From Lingula anatina (Eukaryota > Animalia > Brachiopoda), in contig CM120640.1 of NCBI GenBank assembly GCA_051362555.1, positions 30,213,967 to 30,277,966 on the forward strand: a stretch of 64,000 nucleotides of DNA, read 5' to 3'. The notes beneath the pieces are model-generated. The model did no database searches and was not told the DNA's origin. It worked only from the letters and a program-made list of their open reading frames with translations. Both the position numbers and the translations under genes were made by a program. Shown in pieces: positions 13,036-22,699 of this stretch. Each line of letters begins with the position of its first letter. Position 1 is the first letter of the stretch.

Positions 13036-13600
13036 AGAGCCAATTTTAACATCTTCGACTTTCCAATTGTGGTGGTTGAGCTAGACAAATTGTGACACAC
13101 CGATTGTAGTAGTTTGGACTAATTCCAGTATGTTTAAAGTACTAGAGCCGATTTCAACAGCATCAACTTTTTGATTGTGGTAGTTGAACTGGAACAATCG
13201 CGAGGCTCGGATAAAACTTCAGGGTCACCCTGAGATTCAAACCCGGGACTTTTGCACACTGAGCTACCCAGCCAGGGCCAATACCCGCCAGCCGCTACAG
13301 GGGCTAGAGCCAATTTTAACATCTTCGACTTTCCGATTGTGGTAGTTGAGCTACAACAATCGGGACACATCGATTGCGCTAGTCCACTGATTCCAGTATG
13401 TTCAAAGTACTTTCAAAGGCAGTAATGCCGATTTAGACAGCATCAACTTTCCAATTGTGGTAGTTGAGCTAGACCAATCGCGACACACCGATTGTACTAG
13501 TTCGGATCAATTCCAGTATGTTTAAAGTACTATAGCCAATTTCGAAAGCATCGACTTTCTGATTGTGGTAGTTGAGCTGGACCAATCACTAGGCTGGGAG
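13036..13600. repeat. ~108-bp tandem repeat (about 5 partial/complete units) with embedded degenerate tRNA-like head; mirror ~25065-25520
   Basis: agcc(a/g)att...catc.(t/a)cgactttcc.attgtggt.gttgagct recurs near 13036, 13144, 13306, 13428, 13534. Confidence 0.8.
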
Positions 13601-14093
13601 AAAAATGGCATTACAAAGCCCAGTCCAGTCCAGTCCAGTCTTTTTTCCAAACTCAAACCTGTTAAGGTAAACAGCGGGTTCCAATCCCAGTCGAGCCTGT
13701 CCCCCCAAAGAGACATTAGACCAACTGTTTAAGATAGAAAGGACTATTATGACAATTTTAAGGAAATGTAAAGGGCATTTTCTTGACAGTCCCGGGTTAG
13801 AATCCCGGGCAAACCTCCAAAGAGACATAAGACAAACCGTTTACATTAGAAAGGAGTATTATGACAATTTTAAGGTATTTTAAAGGGGATTAAGGCCAAT
13901 TTGAAAACTATTGAGCTTACCTGACAAATCTAACAAGCATTTCATAGTTCCTGAATTCAAATCTGTTAAGACAAACAGCACCTGGTACCAGTTCATCTCT
14001 CTTTATTACCTCCACATCTACAAGAGCTCATGTTGAGATGAAACTGGATCATTTCTTGACAGGTTCCTGTAGTGGACAAGCAAGATGGACCCA

Positions 14094-14166
14094 GGCTCGG
14101 TAGCTCAGTTGGTTAGAACAGTCGGATGGTTTGCGAAAGTCCCGGGTTCGAATCCCGATCGAGCCT
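14094..14166 (+). ncRNA. tRNA-like Pol III cassette (pseudo-tRNA/SINE head) L1
   Basis: Acceptor GGCTCGG/TCGAGCC, A box TAGCTCAGTTGG, B box GGTTCGAATCC, downstream TTTT; anticodon arm imperfect. Confidence 0.7.
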
Positions 14167-14435
14167 GGTGTTTTCTTCTCCAAAATAGACATTAGACCAT
14201 CTGTTTACAATAATGAATGACTGTTGAACTTACCTGACAAATCTAACGAGCATTTCATAGTTTTATGAAATCAAAACTGTTAAGATAAACAGCGCCGACG
14301 TGGTGTGCCATGGCACAATTTACCTGGAACCAATTCACCCCTCTTTATTACCTCCACTTCTACGAGAGCTCATGTCAAGATGAGCCTGGATTATTTCTTG
14401 ACAGGTACCTATAGTGGACAAGCAAGATTGACCCA

Positions 14436-14508
14436 GGCTCGGTAGCTCAGTTGGTTAGAACAGCTGGATGGTTTGCGAAAGTCCCGGGTTCGAATCCCGG
14501 TCGAGCCT
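14436..14508 (+). ncRNA. tRNA-like Pol III cassette L2
   Basis: Same 73-nt unit; T stem CCGGG/CCCGG intact. Confidence 0.7.
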
Positions 14509-14787
14509 GGTGTTTTCTTCTCCAAAATAGATATTAGACCAACTGTTTATGATAATAAGGACAAATTGAATGACTGTTGAGCTTACCTGACAAATCTAAC
14601 GAGCATTTCATAGTTTCTGAATTCAAATCTGTTAAGACAAACAGCGCCGACGTGTTGTGCCATGGCGCAATTTTCCTGGAACCAGTTCATCTCTCTTTAT
14701 TACCTCCACATCTACAAGAGCTCATGTCAAGATGAGCCTGGATCATTTCTTGACGGGTACCTATAGTGGACAAGCAAGATTGACCCA

Positions 14788-14860
14788 GGCTCGGTAGCTC
14801 AGTTGGTTAGAACAGGTGGATAGTTTGCGAAAGTCCCGGGTTCGAATCCCGGTCGAGCCT
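14788..14860 (+). ncRNA. tRNA-like Pol III cassette L3
   Basis: Same unit; A and B boxes intact, anticodon arm disrupted. Confidence 0.7.
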
Positions 14861-15139
14861 GGTGTTTTCTTCTCCAAAATAGACATTAGACCAACTGTTT
14901 ATGATAATAAGGACAATTTGAATGACTGTTGAGCTTACCTGACAAATCTAACGAGCATTTCGTAGTTTCTGAATTCAAATCTGTTAAGACAAACAACGCC
15001 GACGTGTTGTGCCATGGCGAAATTTTCCTGGAACCAGTTCATCTCTCTTTATTACCTCCACATCTACGAGAGCTCATGTCAAGATGAGCCTGGATCATTT
15101 CTTGACAGGTACCTATAGTGGACAAGCAAGATTGACCCA

Positions 15140-15212
15140 GGCTCGGTAGCTCAGTTGGTTAGAACAGGTGGATGGTTTGCGAAAGTCCCGGGTTCGAATA
15201 CCGGTCGAGCCT
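15140..15212 (+). ncRNA. tRNA-like Pol III cassette L4
   Basis: Same unit; B box variant GGTTCGAATAC. Confidence 0.65.
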
Positions 15213-15491
15213 GGTGTTTTCTTCTCCAAAATAGATATTAGACCAACTGTTTATGATAATAAGGACAAATTGAATGACTGTTGAGCTTACCTGACAAATC
15301 TAACGAGCATTTCATAGTTTCTGAATTCAAATCTGTTAAGACAAACAGCGCCGACGTGTTGTGCCATGGCGCAATTTTCCTGGAACCAGTTCATCTCTCT
15401 TTATTACCTCCACATCTACAAGAGCTCATGTCAAGATGAGCCTGGATCATTTCTTGACGGGTACCTATAGTGGACAAGCAAGATTGACCCA

Positions 15492-15564
15492 GGCTCGGTA
15501 GCTCAGTTGGTTAGAACAGGTGGATAGTTTGCGAAAGTCCCGGGTTCGAATCCCGGTCGAGCCT
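15492..15564 (+). ncRNA. tRNA-like Pol III cassette L5
   Basis: Matches L3. Confidence 0.7.
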
Positions 15565-15843
15565 GGTGTTTTCTTCTCCAAAATAGACATTAGACCAACT
15601 GTTTATGATAATAAGGACAATTTGAATGACTGTTGAGCTTACCTGACAAATCTAACGAGCATTTCGTAGTTTCTGAATTCAAATCTGTTAAGACAAACAA
15701 CGCCGACGTGTTGTGCCATGGCGAAATTTTCCTGGAACCAGTTCATCTCTCTTTATTACCTCCACATCTACGAGAGCTCATGTCAAGATGAGCCTGGATC
15801 ATTTCTTGACAGGTACCTATAGTGGACAAGCAAGATTGACCCA

Positions 15844-15916
15844 GGCTCGGTAGCTCAGTTGGTTAGAACAGGTGGATGGTTTGCGAAAGTCCCGGGTTCG
15901 AATCCCGGTCGAGCCC
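15844..15916 (+). ncRNA. tRNA-like Pol III cassette L6
   Basis: Same unit, followed by gatggTTTTT. Confidence 0.7.
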
Positions 15917-16221
15917 TGATGGTTTTTCCCCCGAAAGAGACATTAGACCAACTGTTTATGATAATAAGGACAAATTGAATGACTGTTGAGCTTACCTGAC
16001 AAATCTAACGAGCATTTCATAGTTTCTGAATTCAAATCTGTTAAGACAAACAACGTCGACGTGTTTAAATTTAAAAGGCACTAAAAAAGGGATTTTACTA
16101 TTTGACTATTGAGCTGGGCCAGTACAACCGATTTAAGGATAGAAATGACAATTTTAAGGGACTTTACGGCACTTTAAGGGGGATTTAAACCAATTCCTAG
16201 ACTGTTGAGCTGGGCCAGTAC

Positions 16222-18508
16222 AGAGACATGAAAAGAAGGGCTTAAGAGACAAAAATGGAAGGAAAAGAAGGGTTTAAGAGACAAAAAAGAAAGGAATAAA
16301 AGGGCTTTAGAGACATGAAAAGAAGGGCTTAAGAAACAAAAATGGAAGGAAAAGAAGGGCTTAAGAGACAAAAAAGAAAGGAATAAAAGGGCTTTAGAGA
16401 CATGAAAAGAAGGGCTTAAGAGACAAAAATGGAAGGAAAAGAAGGGCTTAAGAGACAAAAAAGAAAGGAATAAAAGGGCTTTAGAGACATGAAAAGAAGG
16501 GCTTAAGAGACAAAAATGGAAGGAAAAGAAGGGCTTAAGAGACAAAAAAGAAAGGAATAAAAGGGCTTTAGAGACATGAAAAGAAGGCTTAAGAGACAAA
16601 AATGGAAGGAAAAGAAGGGCTTAAAAGACAAAAAAGAAAGGAATAAAAGGGCCTTAGAGACATGAAAAGAAGGCTTAAGAGACAAAAATGGAAGGAAAAG
16701 AAAGGCTTTAGAGACATGAAAAGAAGGGCTTAAGAGACAAAAATGGAAGGAAAAGAAGGGCTTTAGAGACATGAAAAGTAGGGCTTGAGAGACATGAAAA
16801 GAAAGGAAAAGAAGGGCTTTAAAGACAAAAAAGAAAGGAATAAAAGGGCTTTAGAGACATGAAAAGAAGGGCTTAAGAGACAAAAAAGAAAGGAATAAAA
16901 GGGCTTTAGAGACATGAAAAGAAGGCTTAAGAGACAAAAATGGAAGGAAAAGAAGGGCTTTAAAGAAAAAAAAGAAAGGAATAAAAGGGCTTTCGAGACA
17001 TGAAAAGAAGGGCTTAAGAGACAAAAATGGAAGGAAAAGAAGGGCTTTAGAGACATGAAAAGTAGGGCTTGAGAGACATGAAAAGAAAGGAAAAGAAGGG
17101 CTTTAAAGACAAAAAAGAAAGGAATAAAAGGGCTTTAGAGACATGAAAAGAAGGGCTTAAGAGACAAAAATGGAAGGAAAAGAAGGGCTTTAGAGACATG
17201 AAAAGTAGGGCTTAAGAGACAAAAATGGAAGGAAAAGAAGGGCTTAAGAGACAAAAAAGAAAGGAATAAAAGGGCTTTAGAGACATGAAAAGAAGGGCTT
17301 AAGAGACAAAAATGGAAGGAAAAGAAGGGCTTAAGAGACAAAAAAGAAAGGAATAAAAGGGCTTTAGAGACATGAAAAGAAGGCTTAAGAGACAAAAATG
17401 GAAGGAAAAGAAGGGCTTTAAAGAAAAAAAAGAAAGGAATAAAAGGGCTTTCGAGACATGAAAAGAAGGCTTAAGAGACAAAAATGGAAGGAAAAGAAAG
17501 GCTTTAGAGACATGAAAAGAAGGGCTTAAGAGACAAAAATGGAAGGAAAAGAAGGGCTTTAGAGACAAAAAAGAAAGGAATAAAAGGGCTTTAGAGACAT
17601 GAAAAGAAGGCTTAAGAGACAAAAATGGAAGGAAAAGAAGGGCTTAAGAGACAAAAAAGAAAGGAATAAAAGGGCTTTAGAGACATGAAAAGAAAGGAAA
17701 AGAAGGGCTTTAAAGACAAAAAAGAAAGGAATAAAAGGGCTTTAGAGACATGAAAAGAAGGGCTTAAGAGACAAAAATGGAAGGAAAAGAAGGGCTTAAG
17801 AGACAAAAAAGAAAGGAATAAAAGGGCTTTAGAGACATGAAAAGAAGGCTTAAGAGACAAAAATGGAAGGAAAAGAAAGGCTTTAGAGACATGAAAAGAA
17901 GGGCTTAAGAGACAAAAATGGAAGGAAAAGAAGGGCTTTAGAGACAAAAAAGAAAGGAATAAAAGGGCTTTAGAGACATGAAAAGAAGGCTTAAGAGACA
18001 AAAATGGAAGGAAAAGAAGGGCTTAAGAGACAAAAAAGAAAGGAATAAAAGGGCTTTAGAGACATGAAAAGAAGGCTTAAGAGACAAAAATGGAAGGAAA
18101 AGAAAGGCTTTAGAGACATGAAAAGAAGGGCTTAAGAGACAAAAATGGAAGGAAAAGAAGGGCTTTAGAGACAAAAAAGAAAGGAATAAAAGGGCTTTAG
18201 AGACATGAAAAGAAGGCTTAAGAGACAAAAATGGAAGGAAAAGAAGGGCTTTAGAGACATGAAAAGAAGGGCTTAAGAGACAAAGATGGAAGGAAAAGAA
18301 GGGCTTTAGAGACATGAAAAAGAAGGGCTTTAGAGACAAAAATGGAAGGAAAAGAAGGGTTTAAGAGACATGAAAAAGAAGGGCTTTAGAGACAAAAATG
18401 GAAGGAAAAGAAGGGTTTAAGAGACATGAAAAGGAAAGAAAAGAAGGGCTTAAAAGACATGAAAAGAACTGCTTTAGAAACATGTAAAGAAGCGAAAAGA
18501 AGGTCTTT
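16222..18508 (+). repeat. Polypurine minisatellite, 22- and 33-bp units, ~88-bp higher-order repeat
   Basis: agagacatgaaaagaagggctt (22) with agagacaaaaatggaaggaaaagaagggctt and agagacaaaaaagaaaggaataaaagggcttt (33-bp class). Confidence 0.95.
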
Positions 18509-18622
18509 AGAGATATTTTCATTAAGAAGGAAAAGAAAGAGACAAGAAAAAGAGCAAAAAAAAGAAAGGACGGTAGAGACACAAAATTAAGGAAAAAGAA
18601 CGGAGGAGGCCACATAAAGCAA

Positions 18623-21600
18623 AAAGACCTTCTTTTCGCTTCTTATCATTTCTAACGCCCTCTTTACATATCTCTAAAGCCTTTCTTTTCATGTCTCTTA
18701 AGCCCTTCTTTTCCTTCCTTTCTATGTCTTTAAAGCCCTTCTTTTCCTTCCTTTTTGGTCCCTTAAGCTCTCTTTCTCCTTCCTTTTTTGTCTCATAAGC
18801 CCTTCTTTTCATGTCTCTAAAGCCCTTCTTTTCCTTCCTTTCCATGTCTCTAAAGCCCTTCTTTTCCTTCCTTTCGAAGTCTCTAAAGCTCTCTTTCTCC
18901 TTCCTTTTTTGTCTCATAAGCCCTTCTTTTCATGTCTCTAAAGCCCTTCTTTTCCTTCCTTTCCATGTCTCTAAAGCCCTTCTTTTCCTTCCTTTCCATG
19001 TCTCTAAAGCCCTTCTTTTCCTTCCTTTCCATGTCTCTAAAGCCCTTCTTTTCCTTTCTTTTCATGTCTCTAAAGCTCTCTTTCTCCTTCCTTTTTTGTC
19101 TCATAAGCCCTTCTTTTCATGTCTCTAAAGCCCTTCTTTTCCTTCCTTTCCATGTCTCTAAAGCCCTTCTTTTCCTTCCTTTCGAAGTCTCTAAAGCTCT
19201 CTTTCTCCTTCCTTTTTTGTCTCATAAGCCCTTCTTTTCATGTCTCTAAAGCCCTTCTTTTCCTTCCTTTCCATGTCTCTAAAGCCCTTCTTTTCCTTTC
19301 TTTTCATGTCTCTAAAGCTCTCTTTCTCCTTCCTTTTTTGTCTCATAAGCCCTTCTTTTCATGTCTCTAAAGCCCTTCTTTTCCTTCCTTTCCATGTCTC
19401 TAAAGCCCTTCTTTTCCTTCCTTTCGAAGTCTCTAAAGCTCTCTTTTTATCCTTCCTTTTTTGTCTCATAAGCCCTTCTTTTCATGTCTCTAAAGCCCTT
19501 CTTTTCCTTCCTTTCCATGTCTCTAAAGCCCTTCTTTTCCTTCCTTTCCATGTCTCTAAAGCCCTTCTTTTCCTTTCTTTTCATGTCTCTAAAGCTCTCT
19601 TTCTCCTTCCTTTTTTGTCTCATAAGCCCTTCTTTTCATGTCTCTAAAGCCCTTCTTTTCCTTCCTTTCCATGTCTCTAAAGCCCTTCTTTTCCTTCCTT
19701 TCGAAGTCTCTAAAGCTCTCTTTCTCCTTCCTTTTTTGTCTCATAAGCCCTTCTTTTCATGTCTCTAAAGCCCTTCTTTTCCTTCCTTTCCATGTCTCTA
19801 AAGCCCTTCTTTTCCTTCCTTTCCATGTCTCTAAAGCCCTTCTTTTCCTTCCTTTCCATGTCTCTAAAGCCCTTCTTTTCCTTTCTTTTCATGTCTCTAA
19901 AGCTCTCTTTCTCCTTCCTTTTTTGTCTCATAAGCCCTTCTTTTCATGTCTCTAAAGCCCTTCTTTTCCTTCCTTTCCATGTCTCTAAAGCCCTTCTTTT
20001 CCTTCCTTTCGAAGTCTCTAAAGCTCTCTTTCTCCTTCCTTTTTTGTCTCATAAGCCCTTCTTTTCATGTCTCTAAAGCCCTTCTTTTCCTTCCTTTCCA
20101 TGTCTCTAAAGCCCTTCTTTTCCTTTCTTTTCATGTCTCTAAAGCTCTCTTTCTCCTTCCTTTTTTGTCTCATAAGCCCTTCTTTTCATGTCTCTAAAGC
20201 CCTTCTTTTCCTTCCTTTCCATGTCTCTAAAGCCCTTCTTTTCCTTCCTTTCGAAGTCTCTAAAGCCCTTCTTTCCATGTCTCTAAAGCCCTTCTTTTCC
20301 TTCCTTTCCATGTCTCTAAAGCTCTCTTTCTCCTTCCTTTTTTGTCTCATAAGCCCTTCTTTTCATGTCTCTAAAGCCCTTCTTTTCCTTCCTTTCCATG
20401 TCTCTAAAGCTCTCTTTCTCCTTCCTTTTTTGTCTCATAAGCCCTTCTTTTCATGTCTCTAAAGCCCTCTTTTTTCTTCCTTTCCATGTCTCTAAAGCCC
20501 TTCTTTTCCTTCCTTTTTTGTCTCATAAGCCCTTCTTTTCATGTCTCTAAAGCCCTTCTTTTCCTTCCTTTCCATGTCTTTAAAGCTCTTCTTTTCCTTC
20601 CTTTCCATGTCTCTAAAGCCCTTCTTTTCCTTTCTTTAAAGCCCTTTTTTTCCTTCCTTTCCATGTCTCTAAAGCTCTCTTTCTCCTTTCTTTTTTGTCT
20701 CATAAGCCCTTCTTTTCATGTCTCTAAAGCCCTTCTTTTCCTTCCTTTCCATGTCTCTAAAGCCCTTCTTTTCCTTTCTTTTCATGTCTCTAAAGCCGTT
20801 CTTTTCCTTCCTTTTTTGTCTCATAAGCCCGTCTTTTCATGTCTCTAAAGCCCTTCTTTTCCTTCCTTTCCATGTCTCTAAAGCCCTTCTTTTCCTTTCT
20901 TTTCATGTCTCTAAAGCCGTTCTTTTCCTTCCTTTTTTGTCTCATAAGCCCGTCTTTTCATGTCTCTAAAGCCCTTCTTTTCCTTCCTTTCCATGTCTCT
21001 AAAGCCGTTCTTTTCCTTCCTTTTTTGTCTCATAAGCCCTTCTTTTCATGTCTCTAAAGCCCTTCTTTTCCTTCCTTTCCATGTCTCTAAAGCTCTTCTT
21101 TTCCTTTCTTTTCATGTCTCTAAAGCTCTCTTTCTCCTTCCTTTTTTGTCTCATAAGCCCGTCTTTTCATGTCTCTAAAGCCCTTCTTTTCCTTCCTTTC
21201 CATGTCTCTAAAGCCCTTCTTTTCCTTCCTTTTTTGTCTCATAAGCCCTTCTTTTCATGTCTCTAAAGCCCTTCTTTCCATGTCTTTAAAGCCCTTCTTT
21301 TCCTTCCTTTCCATGTCTCTAAAGCCCTTCTTTTCCTTCCTTTCCATGTCTCTAAAGCCCTTCTTTTCATGTCTCTTAAGCCCTTCTTTTCCTTCTTTTC
21401 ATGTCTCGAAAGCCCTTCTTTTCCTTCCTTTCCATGTCTTTTAAGCCCTTCTTTTCCTTCTTTCCATGTCTCTAAAGCCCTTCTTTTCCTTCCTTTCCAT
21501 GTCTCTAAAGCCCTTCTTTCCATGTCTCTAAAGCCCTTCTTTTCATGTCTCTTAAGCCCTTCTTTTCCTTCCTTTCCATGTCTCTAAAGCCCTTCTTTTC

Positions 21601-22552
21601 CTTCCTTTCCATGTCTCTAAAGCCCTTCTTTCCATGTCTCTTAAGCCCTTCTTTTCCTTCCTTTCCATGTCTTTAAAGCCCTTCTTTTCCTTCCTTTCCA
21701 TGTCTCTTAAGCCCTTCTTTTCCTTCTTTTCATGTCTCTTAAGCCCTTCTTTTCCTTCTTTTCATGTCTCTTTAGCCCTTCTTTTCCTTCCTTTCCATGT
21801 CTTTAAAGCCCTTCTTTTCCTTCCTTTCCATGTCTCTAAAGCCCTTCTTTTCCTTCCTTTCCATGTCTTTAAAGCCCTTCTTTTCCTTCCTTTTTTGTCC
21901 CTTAAGCCCTTCTTTTCCTTCCTTTCCATGTCTCTAAAGCCCTTCTTTTCCTTCCTTTCCATGTCTCTAAAGCTCTCTTTCTCCTTCCTTTTTTGTCTCA
22001 TAAGCCCTTCTTTTCCTTCCTTTCCATGTCTTTAAAGCCCTTCTTTTCCTTCCTTTCCATGTCTCTTAAGCCCTTCTTTTCCTTCCTTTCCATGTCTCTA
22101 AAGCCCTTCTTTTCATGTCTCTTAAGCCCTTCTTTTCCTTTCTTTTTATGTCTCTCACGCCCTTCTTTTCGCTTCTTTATATCTCTAACGCCCTCTTTTC
22201 ATGTCTCTTAAGCCCTTCTTTTCCTTCCTTTCCATGTCTTTAAAGCCCTTCTTTTCCTTCCTTTTTTGTCCCTTAAGCACTTCTTTTCATGTCTCTTAAG
22301 CCCTTCTTTTCCTTTCTTTTTATGTCTCTCACGCCCTTCTTTTCGCTTCTTTATATCTCTAACGCCCTCTTTTCATGTCTCTAAAGCCCTTCTTTTCGCT
22401 TCATTTCATGTCTCTCACGCCCTTCTTTTCGCTTCTTTTCATCTCTAACGCCCTCTTATCATGTCTCTAAAGCCTTTCTTTTTGCTTCTTTTCAAGTCTC
22501 TAAAGCCCTTCTTTTCATGTTTCTAAAGCCGTTCTTTTCGCTTTTTTTTTTA
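18623..22552 (-). repeat. Polypyrimidine (inverted) minisatellite, 22/33-bp units, 121-bp higher-order repeat and an 827-bp duplication
   Basis: catgtctctaaagcccttcttttccttcctttc units; ORF offsets of 121 (18811/18932) and 827 (18811/19638). Confidence 0.95.
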
Positions 22553-22699
22553 TGTACGGGCCAAGCTTAACAGTCTAGGAATTGGCTTAAATCCCCCTTA
22601 AAGAGCCTTAAAATAGTCGTTTCTATCCTTAATCAGTTGTACTGGCCCAGCTCAATAGTCAGATTAGCTTATTTAGTGCCTTTTAAATTTAAATTTAAA

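Larger units (their letters stand above)
7100..13100. repeat. ~870-920-bp satellite with (TA)n, about 5 units, dimeric higher-order repeat (~1790 bp), interrupted by Tc1
   Basis: Unit marker aaaa(c/a)tgagtaggacctaagtgaccc at 7100, 7916, 8784, 9704, 12238; alternating variants (ORF 7795 identical to 9583; ORF 8663 near-identical to 12117). Confidence 0.93.
13905..16065 (+). repeat. Tandem array of six ~352-bp units, each with a tRNA-derived head
   Basis: Heads start at 14094, 14436, 14788, 15140, 15492, 15844 (spacing 342, then 352 x4); alternating variants suggest a 704-bp dimer. Confidence 0.95.
1..18508 (+). repeat. Left arm of giant (>=35 kb) inverted repeat; truncated by window start
   Basis: Start of window (tgactgtgtgtaatgaaattgattttttcggacaatata) is the reverse complement of 35379-35417. 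Mirrored ORFs: 691-912(+)/34543-34764(-), 2923-3114(+)/32614-32805(-), 4010-4213(-)/31509-31712(+), 13522-13716(-)/24948-25133(+). Innermost 22 bp 18487-18508 is the exact reverse complement of 18623-18644. Confidence 0.97.

Noticed and set aside
16174-22448. Many S/L/F/P/K-rich ORFs (MSLKPFFSF...)
   Set aside because: Translations of the 22/33-bp minisatellite in several overlapping frames with frequent frame switches; no coding signal.
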